Shown here one piece after another: positions 20,886 to 29,583 of a stretch of DNA of 64,000 nucleotides. The stretch lies in IMG/VR virus record IMGVR_UViG_3300027969_000041. One strand, 5' to 3'. The position numbers and the translations under genes were made by a program. How positions within the stretch are numbered: the stretch's first letter is position 1; every line of letters starts with the position of its first letter. This stretch comes from a virus (Duplodnaviria; Caudoviricetes). The notes beneath the pieces were generated by a model. That model saw only the letters and a list, made by a program, of their open reading frames with translations. It was not told the DNA's origin and did no database searches.

Positions 20886-21259
20886 GCAGATTTTAAGTTT
20901 TTTGCTTTTGCAGAGGAAAATTTTGCAATGTTGCCGGAAAACAACACTAGCTGTACAGCCATTTTTTCAGAAAATACAAAGATTTCCTTGTTGGACACAT
21001 ACCAAGGGCAATCTATAAAGTTATCCAATTGGATTATTAGCTGATTTGTATATTCTACAGGATGATCAAACCGGACTCTGTGTGCTTTAACTTGGGTAGT
21101 GAGTCTGGCAAATCCTTCGTCAGTTAATCGTAGCCCACCCTTTTCTTTTTTGCGGGGATTCTGCCACCACTGGGCAACGAGCTTTCTAATGGATTTTTCG
21201 TCAGTTGGTAATCCAGAGTGTTCTGCTATGTATTTGGTAAGATCAATCTTTTGATTCAT
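20882..21259 (-). CDS. Hypothetical protein
   Basis: 125-aa ORF (GGLRLTDEG motif) overlapping the upstream gene. Confidence 0.55.
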   Translation of the reverse strand: MNQKIDLTKYIAEHSGLPTDEKSIRKLVAQWWQNPRKKEKGGLRLTDEGFARLTTQVKAHRVRFDHPVEYTNQLIIQLDNFIDCPWYVSNKEIFVFSEKMAVQLVLFSGNIAKFSSAKAKNLKSA

Positions 21260-21542
21260 TGGTCAACTTATCCCCAGTTACCAATTTGAAAACAGCAAAT
21301 TCTGTAGTGTTGAATTGCTTATTGAGCTTTTCGGCAAGGTTAATAGCATGTCCAGAATTTGAGAAACTAACTTTTTTGTATTTTGGGCCCAATTGCTGTG
21401 CCACAATGCTACTAGTTTTTAAGTTAATAGGCTTGTCCTGATAGAAAACAGCCCAGATAGCATCAGCTTCTAGAACTTGTTCTGTTTTGTAAGTCTTTTT
21501 GCTAGTAACTTCTAGCAAGACTTTGGGTTTTGGCCTACTCAT
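21243..21542 (-). CDS. Hypothetical protein
   Basis: 99 aa (MSRPKP...KYKKVSFSNSGHA); TAAATA at 21571-21576 upstream. Confidence 0.6.
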   Translation of the reverse strand: MSRPKPKVLLEVTSKKTYKTEQVLEADAIWAVFYQDKPINLKTSSIVAQQLGPKYKKVSFSNSGHAINLAEKLNKQFNTTEFAVFKLVTGDKLTNESKD

Positions 21543-21586
21543 ATATACGTTTCTCCGAAAAGTGCGTATATATTTAGCAGGTTTTG

Positions 21587-21808
21587 TTAGAATTTTCCCC
21601 CGTTCATCCTAACTTCAATATTGCCTGTAGAGTCTGCAGATACGGATTGATCTATTTCTCCAGACAGTCTAGTCATTACAACAGCTAAACTATTTTGAAG
21701 ATCTGTTGCTTCTTTAATAGTAAGTGTTAGATTCTTTTGATTTGACTTGATTGCAACTCTAGTCTTATCTAAAAAGTCTTCAATCGGTAATGTGTTTAAC
21801 GGTTTCAT
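21587..21808 (-). CDS. Hypothetical protein
   Basis: 73-aa ORF with a 4-nt overlap with the upstream gene. Confidence 0.5.
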   Translation of the reverse strand: MKPLNTLPIEDFLDKTRVAIKSNQKNLTLTIKEATDLQNSLAVVMTRLSGEIDQSVSADSTGNIEVRMNGGKF

Positions 21809-22281
21809 TCTTTATTTACAGCCGATAAAGCTGATTTCATTTCAGTTTCTGTCTTAAACGGCCCGTGGAAGGGGTATCGTTCTAATGTAATCAACTTAGG
21901 ACAGAAGCTTTTAACCCAGCCCTTTTTAAACTTAATAATATAATGCCCTGCACAGTACTGACTTTTACTTTTAGCACTCTTTGCATATAACGGAAGGCGC
22001 TTTTTTACACTATAAACGGATTCGTAGGGCTTGCTACTGCACGGAAAGTCATAAATGTAATAACCTTCTGTGTTATCCTTTTTAACTTTCTTAATACTTT
22101 CTTCAAAGATAGCAATGCCAAATTGTGCATTAACGTCTGCTAGATTATCAAAGTTAATTTGTCTACCATTCTTAAAGAATACATAACCTTTTTTAGCTTT
22201 GGCTACGCTACCTATCTTTGTTTTTTCGTCTCTAAGTAACCACTCTTTATTAGGGATTACTACTTTAGCTGTTGAGTTCAT
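21805..22281 (-). CDS. Hypothetical protein
   Basis: 158-aa ORF, coupled to RNase H by a 4-nt overlap. Confidence 0.55.
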   Translation of the reverse strand: MNSTAKVVIPNKEWLLRDEKTKIGSVAKAKKGYVFFKNGRQINFDNLADVNAQFGIAIFEESIKKVKKDNTEGYYIYDFPCSSKPYESVYSVKKRLPLYAKSAKSKSQYCAGHYIIKFKKGWVKSFCPKLITLERYPFHGPFKTETEMKSALSAVNKE

Positions 22282-23270
22282 TGTACGTACCTCGCATTTA
22301 ATGGTTCAGCATAGCTTTGTACTTGTTCACTGATCTTATTAAGATCGTACTCGGCACAGAGTTTAAGCAAACGGACTCCTACCTGTGGAATATTCTTATT
22401 AGCAGTTGTTGCAGTATTGATTGTTTCTTGTATCAATGATTTAATGTCATCTGGTTGTGCTGTAAGATCGCATAATAGTTTATTACGAGTATAATCATCC
22501 AAAACACGATGTTCAACACCCTCGTGGTCGGACCACTTTTGGAGCATCATATTGTTCCAATTGTACCCTTTGTTGTTTCTATCGGCAAAAGCATCACGGA
22601 GACCAACTTTATTCTTTGTCCCCTTCTCACGTACTCCCGGATAAGCAGAGAAGATGTTATCGGAGGTGTCGCCACGCATACACTTCTCAAAGAGTAACCA
22701 TTCTGGGTCCGGTGCGGGTTTGACTTGTTTAGTCTTTTTATCAACGACATGCTTGCCCTTTTCATCAAAGTATCCCTCGTGTGTAGTTGTGATTGCCATA
22801 ACTCCGTTATACTGCTTGACATTGGGTGCAATTAATTGTGCAAAATCTCCATCTGTGCTTACAATAACATGTGTATCTTCTGGATGACTTTGAATCCATC
22901 CTGCAATTAGGTCATCTGCTTCAAGGCGAGGATGTTGTAGAACAGTTGTATTTGTTTTCTCTGTAATAAAGCCTTTGAACTCGTCAAACGTTTCCCAGAA
23001 TACCCGATCTTCTTCTGCTTCGCGTGGGCTCTGTGCCGCACGAGCTTCTGTACGTTGTCGTTTGTACGGAGCATATACATCTTTGCGCCAGCTACGCCCC
23101 TCTAAAAAGAAGATTACATGGTCACCTTTGAAGTCGCGCCATGCTTTACGCACACTACCTAATACTGTAGCTAGACTCATACCAATCTTATCTTCCAATG
23201 TACCACGAATGGCGTGACGAGCACGAAAGAAAGTATTTGCTGTATCTACAAGAATATATGTCTTTGACAT
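22278..23270 (-). CDS. rnh: RNase H / 5'-3' flap exonuclease (T4 Rnh-like)
   Basis: LVDTANTFFR, SWRK.VY..YK..R, LEADDLIA, STDGDF.QL, GDTSDNI helix-turn-helix acidic motifs. Confidence 0.88.
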   Translation of the reverse strand: MSKTYILVDTANTFFRARHAIRGTLEDKIGMSLATVLGSVRKAWRDFKGDHVIFFLEGRSWRKDVYAPYKRQRTEARAAQSPREAEEDRVFWETFDEFKGFITEKTNTTVLQHPRLEADDLIAGWIQSHPEDTHVIVSTDGDFAQLIAPNVKQYNGVMAITTTHEGYFDEKGKHVVDKKTKQVKPAPDPEWLLFEKCMRGDTSDNIFSAYPGVREKGTKNKVGLRDAFADRNNKGYNWNNMMLQKWSDHEGVEHRVLDDYTRNKLLCDLTAQPDDIKSLIQETINTATTANKNIPQVGVRLLKLCAEYDLNKISEQVQSYAEPLNARYVQ

Positions 23271-23641
23271 TAAGAAACCTCAGTTCTGCCGTTGCCTAAA
23301 TTGTTTACATTGATAAATCCGCTGCCTCTACGATCCATTTCGATTCCGTCGGCTGCCCCAACGTTGCGACATAGTTCGGAAAACCATTGATCTACAATTG
23401 CCTCATCCGATTCACCATTGTATCCGGATGCTCTTAATTGTAACACAAAGTATTCATTCCAGTCAAGCTCAAAAAATCCGTTGCGGATATTGTCTTTGTT
23501 TACATGAGTATCTAATACAGCTACCCAAGGCTCTTTATTAGCAGTTGCTTGTTCTTTGGGGGAAAGTCTTACAGGTTCTACTTTTTTAACAATTGGTTCT
23601 GGATCTTTAATGCCAAATAGTTTTTTAATAATTTGTTTCAT
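23270..23641 (-). CDS. Hypothetical protein
   Basis: Likely start MKQII at 23641, 2 nt after the QueE stop; GFFELDWNEYF motif. Confidence 0.55.
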   Translation of the reverse strand: MKQIIKKLFGIKDPEPIVKKVEPVRLSPKEQATANKEPWVAVLDTHVNKDNIRNGFFELDWNEYFVLQLRASGYNGESDEAIVDQWFSELCRNVGAADGIEMDRRGSGFINVNNLGNGRTEVS

Positions 23642-23643
23642 TT

Positions 23644-24501
23644 TCAAGTACCCCACTCATTCTTAAACAACGGCACCTGCAATCGATCACTGTAGCGGAG
23701 ACCGTGTTTCATGGCCGCTAGTGCTACTGTTTTATTATTTAAAGCGTAAACACTCTCAATACCGCCCACTGGCATCAAATATACAAGACCTGTAAATCCT
23801 TCAGCACGGAATTCTTCTGTGGCCTTTAGTGCATCTTCAATATCTTGTTCTGTTGCTACCACAAATTTCAAATACACATATCCGTAATCTTGATAGTCAA
23901 CAACTACCTTAGGCTTAATTGCATCTTTCCACGGCTCGCCACTTGCCGGAAGTTTAGCACTAACGCTGAATGTAATTTCACGCATAAAATCTTTAGTGTG
24001 ATGGTGTGCCCAGGTATGTAAGTATTGTTTAAACTCTTTTGTTAAACGCATTGTGCCGTTTGTTTCAAAAGTAATTTCTTTTAATCCTTGCATACAAGGT
24101 TGCTCTAGCAAGTTCGGATACGCCTTTTGCCAACCTAGCAACGGCTCGCCACCTGTAATAACTAGATGCTCATCACGCCATGCACCAAAGGGCAATGTTT
24201 CTACAATGCTCTTAGCAAGACCATCTACGTTAATCATAGGACTTAGGTCCTTAAATGCAGGATGCCAGCTTGCATAACTATCACAACCTGTACTAACTAA
24301 CGGCAATGATTTGTATTCTGTAAATTCAACAGCACGTTCTGCAACCTTATCTGCTTCCGTGCTTAGTTCCCCACGGGGCATACCAAATCCTTGACAGGTA
24401 AAGTTACAACCAAATGTACGCAGAAACACAGAAGGGACACCCATAAAACGTCCTTCACCTTGGATGGAATAAAATAATTCTGATACTTTAATTTTGTTCA
24501 T
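23644..24501 (-). CDS. queE: 7-carboxy-7-deazaguanine synthase-like radical SAM protein
   Basis: ELFYSIQGEG...PSVFLRTFGCNFTC...GCDS, VITGGEP, FETNG, YSDRLQ; the cluster motif is Cx3Cx36C. Confidence 0.85.
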   Translation of the reverse strand: MNKIKVSELFYSIQGEGRFMGVPSVFLRTFGCNFTCQGFGMPRGELSTEADKVAERAVEFTEYKSLPLVSTGCDSYASWHPAFKDLSPMINVDGLAKSIVETLPFGAWRDEHLVITGGEPLLGWQKAYPNLLEQPCMQGLKEITFETNGTMRLTKEFKQYLHTWAHHHTKDFMREITFSVSAKLPASGEPWKDAIKPKVVVDYQDYGYVYLKFVVATEQDIEDALKATEEFRAEGFTGLVYLMPVGGIESVYALNNKTVALAAMKHGLRYSDRLQVPLFKNEWGT

Positions 24502-24766
24502 AAATGTTTGACCACTTTTTTAGTTTTTCAATTTTTGCTCTTTTAGCAATTTCTAAATGTTCTAATGATATTACACTCTTTTCTAGCATGATGTCAATCA
24601 TTGCAAGCATATCTCCAAGTTCTTCTTCCAAATGTTCTCTATTTGTTTTTGGCTTACCTGGTTTAAGATTATCAATTCCGAATCTACTAATCTTACTAAC
24701 TGCTTGGATAACTTCTGCACATTCTTCTTGCAGGATATCCATTACTTCTTTTAACTTATTATCCAT
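24488..24766 (-). CDS. MazG-like NTP pyrophosphohydrolase
   Basis: EECAEVIQA and LEEELGD acidic helical motifs. Confidence 0.75.
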   Translation of the reverse strand: MDNKLKEVMDILQEECAEVIQAVSKISRFGIDNLKPGKPKTNREHLEEELGDMLAMIDIMLEKSVISLEHLEIAKRAKIEKLKKWSNIYEQN

Positions 24767-25220
24767 TTGTTTTTCTATTTTCTAAATATTTGTCGTTGTG
24801 AATCCATTTGTTGTCGACAAGGAATCCCCATTCACGCCTTTGTGGACCAGGCATGAACATTGTCCAGCAGTCTGTTCCTTCTTTAAGCTCAACACGGTGA
24901 TAGCTATTAGCAGGGCAAATACGGAAGTGCCCAGGACCACGCCAATGCCGTGTTTCACTGATCTTGGCACCTTGTGAATTAAAGTTAGGAGTCCATTCAT
25001 AATAACCGCCTTTTAAAATTAGAGTAGCGTAAGGCCATGGATGATCATGCACATCATCGGGGTCTGACTTAAGAAACTTGTGTAAAAAAACATTAAAGGG
25101 AAACTGCTTTCTGTCTTTAAGAAACAAATAATATCGTTCAAGATAAGGTTCATTATCTTGTCTATCCATTACAATGCGTTTGCGACCAAGCCGGTCAAGT
25201 ATATTTACAAACCATTTCAT
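24759..25220 (-). CDS. Cupin-fold metalloprotein
   Basis: HDHPW...ILKGGYYE...YHRVEL: His/His/Glu/His cupin ligands. Confidence 0.65.
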   Translation of the reverse strand: MKWFVNILDRLGRKRIVMDRQDNEPYLERYYLFLKDRKQFPFNVFLHKFLKSDPDDVHDHPWPYATLILKGGYYEWTPNFNSQGAKISETRHWRGPGHFRICPANSYHRVELKEGTDCWTMFMPGPQRREWGFLVDNKWIHNDKYLENRKTNG

Positions 25221-26317
25221 TTAATCATCTCCAATAACTTGTTTGCACTAAAGAAGTTTTCAGTTAGATCTCTTGTTTGTTTGCGAACTTGATATTTGAA
25301 CTGATCATAATTATTCATATATTGAATAATTTTATAACACAATGCTTGTCGAGATGACTCGTATGCTTTGTAGTTTTCGGTCCAAATACTAGGATACTTA
25401 AATGTGTCGTAGTACATTTCGCTATAAGATAAACGATCCGGTACCATCGGAATAGCATCTACAATGGCACCTTCGTAACAACTAATACCCAGAGTTTCTT
25501 GTAGATTTGCACTAAACACAATTTTACTTTCGCCTAACAAATTATGATATTCATTTTTTGTTAATTGTTGATCCTGACAAACTACAAATTCATATTGCGG
25601 CAAATGTGTAGCTAGGTCACGGAAAATTTCAACCTGTTTCTCTGGCGCTATGCGATGAGGAAACAGTATAAGATCACGTTTGGGCATATTCTTATACATA
25701 GTCAATGTATTGTCCATATACTCCATAGGCCAACCTGTTCGAACAAATCTTAGATCTTCACCTTTTAAGATTTCATCTAGATGTTCACTAAACCAAGGAT
25801 TTTCTGTAGGATAATCGTTTAACAGATTAGTATAGAACATACTAATATGAAAGTCTGTAGCAAAGTAGTTATAATCAAATGCATGGAAGAAACTCTTCTC
25901 AGCGTTTCTCACCCAAGGCTTATTGCCAACCAACCTACCTAGAAAGTCTTGAGGATCATAACTACCAGCATGCCATAAGCCGTGTGTGGTTACTGGGATG
26001 CCCAGTAACTCACTCATATATTTAAGATTGATGATGCCAGGGTGCCAAGCATCAGTAAATATAAAATGATCACCTGCATGAACGGTTCCGTCGCAAAATA
26101 GCCTACCCATCTGCTCAACCTGCCGAGCCTTGTAGATGTTTGTGCCGCCAAAATTAAGAAAGGCACCAGGAGTAGTAGCACTAGGGATATCTGTAGGGCC
26201 AGAGATAATTTGAACATTGTGTCCTGCTTTCTTAAGTAGATTAGGTACATGAGACTTCCATTGTCCCGTGTACCTAGTTTCTACGCTTTCCAAATCAATT
26301 AGGAAAACGTTTGCCAT
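25217..26317 (-). CDS. GT-B (GT4-like) glycosyltransferase
   Basis: The start is likely MANVFLID at 26317, 1 nt after the upstream stop. ILFPHRIAPEK and the E-x7-E motif ETLGISCYE are typical of retaining GT4 enzymes. Confidence 0.75.
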   Translation of the reverse strand: MANVFLIDLESVETRYTGQWKSHVPNLLKKAGHNVQIISGPTDIPSATTPGAFLNFGGTNIYKARQVEQMGRLFCDGTVHAGDHFIFTDAWHPGIINLKYMSELLGIPVTTHGLWHAGSYDPQDFLGRLVGNKPWVRNAEKSFFHAFDYNYFATDFHISMFYTNLLNDYPTENPWFSEHLDEILKGEDLRFVRTGWPMEYMDNTLTMYKNMPKRDLILFPHRIAPEKQVEIFRDLATHLPQYEFVVCQDQQLTKNEYHNLLGESKIVFSANLQETLGISCYEGAIVDAIPMVPDRLSYSEMYYDTFKYPSIWTENYKAYESSRQALCYKIIQYMNNYDQFKYQVRKQTRDLTENFFSANKLLEMIK

Positions 26318-26318
26318 T

Positions 26319-26543
26319 TTATTGTTCCTGACGCTGTGCTCGTCCTTCGCGACGGGCTTTTCGTTCAAGATACTCTTGACCACGCTGGAATGCTCGGTAA
26401 GCATCGGACCTATAAAGATCCTTTTCGTTGTATGGAAGAAGATTAAATCGGCAATGATCTAACCATGTGTCGAGGTCGTCAAAAATACGAGTGACCTCTG
26501 GTTTCATCTTAAGAGTTTTTTGAATGTAAGTTGGCTGTGCCAT
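26319..26543 (-). CDS. Hypothetical protein
   Basis: 74-aa ORF with an upstream AGGA, within the modification operon. Confidence 0.55.
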   Translation of the reverse strand: MAQPTYIQKTLKMKPEVTRIFDDLDTWLDHCRFNLLPYNEKDLYRSDAYRAFQRGQEYLERKARREGRAQRQEQ

Positions 26544-26560
26544 TTTACGTTTTCCTATTA

Positions 26561-26944
26561 TTAGGGTTGATTAACAAATGTAAGTGTAGCGCCATTCTCG
26601 CCATCCTCACTTACTTCAATAATGGTCTTACGACCAGGCCACCTTGCAGTGATTGTCGTGTTAAGTTCACGAGCAATCATTTCACAAGATTTGTGGTTGA
26701 GTTCAAGAATGCCATCGCTGTAGCACTTCTCAAGCCAACGCTTAAACTGGATAAATTCAATATCGCGGTCATCTTGGAAGACCTCAATAGAAACTTTAAA
26801 ATGGAAAATATGTCGATGCGGTGTTCCAAGAAAACTAACATCATATTCGTCGCCTGTAGCTAACTTAGGATCAGTTGCCGCGGCAGGGTACATGTGAATA
26901 CCTTCTTTACGGAAGGTTACCCAAATAAATGATAGATTGTTCAT
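26561..26944 (-). CDS. QueD-like T-fold protein (DpdL-type, proposed CDG decarboxylase)
   Basis: GIH.YP, LGTPHRHIF (LxxxHRHxF in place of the canonical QueD CxxxHGH), SCE, VSEDGENGA. Confidence 0.7.
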   Translation of the reverse strand: MNNLSFIWVTFRKEGIHMYPAAATDPKLATGDEYDVSFLGTPHRHIFHFKVSIEVFQDDRDIEFIQFKRWLEKCYSDGILELNHKSCEMIARELNTTITARWPGRKTIIEVSEDGENGATLTFVNQP

Positions 26945-27132
26945 TACTCTGCGGTTTTCTTAGTAGTTTTCTTAGCGGATGTTGAAGATGCATTTTCTGT
27001 TTTTTCAGGAGCCGCTTCCTTCATCATGTTCATCATTTCCCAAAGTTTCCAATCTATGCTTTCAAGCAATTTGAATAGTTTTTCTTCAGTTGAATGTTGA
27101 GCAATGGATTTTGTAAGTTTAGCATTAATCAT
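26944..27132 (-). CDS. Hypothetical protein
   Basis: 62-aa ORF overlapping both neighbours. Confidence 0.45.
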   Translation of the reverse strand: MINAKLTKSIAQHSTEEKLFKLLESIDWKLWEMMNMMKEAAPEKTENASSTSAKKTTKKTAE

Positions 27133-27641
27133 TTAATTACCTCGTCGTTTTTATATTGGTTCCAGTCTGTAAAGTTTTTACGATCCATTAGTGTGTGCAG
27201 ACTGTGTGACCACACACCGGGATTAGTTGCATTAAAATCTTTGTCGTCAATTTTAATCATTGTATTATAATTCCATAATTTAATATATGGAATAGGAACT
27301 CGAATTTGTGGAATAAAATTATTACTTTCACATAATCCATTTTCGAGAAATTCTTCTGCAAGAGCAATTGGAATATCAAGACTACACAGATATCCTTTTT
27401 CTAAAAAGAATTCAATCATAGATTCCCAACTTTTCCACTCGTTGTAGGTAGTGGGAAGGAAACTGTGATTAGCACCAAAAAAGATATGTTCTGCTCCGTT
27501 TAAGTTGGCAGAAATTTCTTCTATTGTATGTATGCCTGTGACAAATAGTGTCTTTAATCCAAACGCAGGTGTGTGTTCAATTTCAGTTCCTGTAAAGAAT
27601 TGAATATTGTTTGCTTCACCGTTGATATAATCTCGTTTCAT
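27129..27641 (-). CDS. Conserved hypothetical protein heading the queE/GT operon
   Basis: Likely start MKRDYING at 27641; FFTGTEIEHTPAFGLKTLFV and HIFFGANHSF motifs. Confidence 0.6.
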   Translation of the reverse strand: MKRDYINGEANNIQFFTGTEIEHTPAFGLKTLFVTGIHTIEEISANLNGAEHIFFGANHSFLPTTYNEWKSWESMIEFFLEKGYLCSLDIPIALAEEFLENGLCESNNFIPQIRVPIPYIKLWNYNTMIKIDDKDFNATNPGVWSHSLHTLMDRKNFTDWNQYKNDEVIK

Positions 27642-27647
27642 AATATT

Positions 27648-27676
27648 AGTATAGCGTAATTTGTGCCAACATGCAA
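27648..27676 (-). promoter_or_regulatory. sigma70-type promoter giving a probably leaderless mRNA
   Basis: TTGCAT-N17-TATACT-N6-ATG(27641); no SD. Confidence 0.55.
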
Positions 27677-27680
27677 CCAA

Positions 27681-28166
27681 TTAATTGCCCGGAAACGGCC
27701 AAGCGTTGCTGGGTTCTGGGCGAGATTTTAATTTAATATCTTCTTCAATGATCAACCCATCCTCGTCACAAAGACTAACTTGAAATGGTGCAATGATATG
27801 TACTGCGGCATCTTCTTCTTGCCAATCATGTTCACCATCGTACAGCCAACCTGCACCACCTTCGTAGTAAAGCTCTTTTAATTCTTGTTGTTCTAGTCCA
27901 CTAATGTCATCGCTAAATTCCCATTCAACACTAATGCTATCATCGAACTCACAGCCCCAACCCGCATCCACTTTAGTGTATGCCACTCGATCGCCGTCAT
28001 AAGGAAGGTTACAATCCATATCTTCTTCAATAAACCCTTGCCCCCAACGATAGGTTTCATCTATGTTAAACCAACTTGTAGTACCGTCTGGATTATCACG
28101 GAACATTTCTACATGGTAGATAACACTTTTCTTTTCAAGAGGTTTGATTAGGTATACTTTACTCAT
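27681..28166 (-). CDS. Acidic hypothetical protein
   Basis: 161-aa Asp/Glu-rich ORF with a 4-nt overlap upstream. Confidence 0.55.
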   Translation of the reverse strand: MSKVYLIKPLEKKSVIYHVEMFRDNPDGTTSWFNIDETYRWGQGFIEEDMDCNLPYDGDRVAYTKVDAGWGCEFDDSISVEWEFSDDISGLEQQELKELYYEGGAGWLYDGEHDWQEEDAAVHIIAPFQVSLCDEDGLIIEEDIKLKSRPEPSNAWPFPGN

Positions 28167-28567
28167 TTTGATTTCTCTGCTAGTTCTTTATAACCCGCCC
28201 AACTAGGATGTATCTTATCTTTTTGCCAACGAGTTGTAACTAAAACAGTATCACCGAATTGTTCTGCGACTCGACGAATGTGCTGTACTGCTTCAAATTT
28301 TTCTTCTCGATTTGGTTCAATCCAAAATACTCTTGGGTTGCCTTTAATTTTAGTACGGATATTCATTAACATTCCGTAGGTATCTGCCTTTGCCCAGTCA
28401 TTGGTTCCTAAACTAATAATAACTGTATTAGCAGTTAGATCATTTTTTCCGTATTGTTTATTCCAGCCAATACTAGTAATGCCACCTTTGGCATAATCAA
28501 TACAATCAGGACGAAACATTTTTGTTCCGACGGCAATACTGTCACCTATAATTAAACAATCAATCAT
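28163..28567 (-). CDS. SGNH/GDSL hydrolase-like protein
   Basis: IIGDSI (block I), ISLGTND (block III), DKIHP (block V). Confidence 0.75.
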   Translation of the reverse strand: MIDCLIIGDSIAVGTKMFRPDCIDYAKGGITSIGWNKQYGKNDLTANTVIISLGTNDWAKADTYGMLMNIRTKIKGNPRVFWIEPNREEKFEAVQHIRRVAEQFGDTVLVTTRWQKDKIHPSWAGYKELAEKSK

Positions 28568-28986
28568 TCTAAATCCTCATTGCGATTGCTAGGGTACTTA
28601 CTACTGGCCATCCTAATTAGTACTAGGCTAACAGCAAGTATGAAAGTTGCCCCTGCTAATATCAGTATGTTTGTTATATGTTCGTCGCCGATTGCTACTA
28701 GATCTATCATATGTCGAGTTAGTGCGGTAATAGCAATGTAAATTAAAAAACGCACCGGCATATGGTTAGTTTTGAAATATATCCCAACCATTGCACCAAT
28801 TTCCAAGTAGATGAATAGTAATAGTAAATCTTGAATATTGACATGATGTTTTTGAAATAATTCAAAAAATGTATAGCCAGCCGCCCATACTGTGGCAGCA
28901 CCTATACTAAACAGAGCAATTCTATGGAATATACCAACTAGGGTATTTCCGAAATTGTCTAATTTTTGTAGTTGATTATTCAGCAC
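28564..28986 (-). CDS. psiE: Phosphate-starvation-inducible PsiE-like membrane protein
   Basis: Four hydrophobic segments; DLLLLFIYLEIGAMVGIYFKTNHMPVRFLIYIAITALTR; GTG start with SD GGAG. Confidence 0.75.
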   Translation of the reverse strand: MLNNQLQKLDNFGNTLVGIFHRIALFSIGAATVWAAGYTFFELFQKHHVNIQDLLLLFIYLEIGAMVGIYFKTNHMPVRFLIYIAITALTRHMIDLVAIGDEHITNILILAGATFILAVSLVLIRMASSKYPSNRNEDLE

Positions 28987-29000
28987 GATATTCTCCAGGT

Positions 29001-29582
29001 TTACTTTACTGCTATATTAAATGATATAGAAATCCTGTCTTCATCATTTAAGTTTGGTTCTACATAATGTTCTAGCCATGCAGGAAATAGTAATAATTGT
29101 CCCTCTTTAGGAGTAACAGTCCAATTGGCCGAACTAACTGCGTTATAATTATCTACAAATTGATCTTGTAAATGATATTGCAAATTGGATGCAGGATTCT
29201 TAAATAGAATGTTTCCTTTTTTATCTCCAACTGATACATAATAAGCACCTGACATAACACAATCGGTGTGTATGTGAGGTCTATTAAATCCAGACTTGGG
29301 ATTAATGTTTATCCACAAATGATTTATAAATGTTCTGGTAGAAGATTTTAATCCGCATTCAGTTTTAATAGATTCTGCTCGAGAAAGTATTTCGTTGACT
29401 AATTTTTGTATTTCTGGATTAGGCTTAATTAACGCCCCACTTTGCCAACCGTAAAAATTACTACGCACAACTCCTGGAGACGATTTTTTTACATCATATG
29501 CATACTTCTTTAATTCAGCATTGTCTATACTTGTTAGTGTATCTGAAACAACAAATGATGAAAATACATAAGACAAATTCAT
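29001..29582 (-). CDS. 2OG-Fe(II) oxygenase family protein
   Basis: WININP, HIH, SGAYYV, LFPAWLEHYV, RISISFN. Confidence 0.8.
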   Translation of the reverse strand: MNLSYVFSSFVVSDTLTSIDNAELKKYAYDVKKSSPGVVRSNFYGWQSGALIKPNPEIQKLVNEILSRAESIKTECGLKSSTRTFINHLWININPKSGFNRPHIHTDCVMSGAYYVSVGDKKGNILFKNPASNLQYHLQDQFVDNYNAVSSANWTVTPKEGQLLLFPAWLEHYVEPNLNDEDRISISFNIAVK

Positions 29583-29583
29583 G

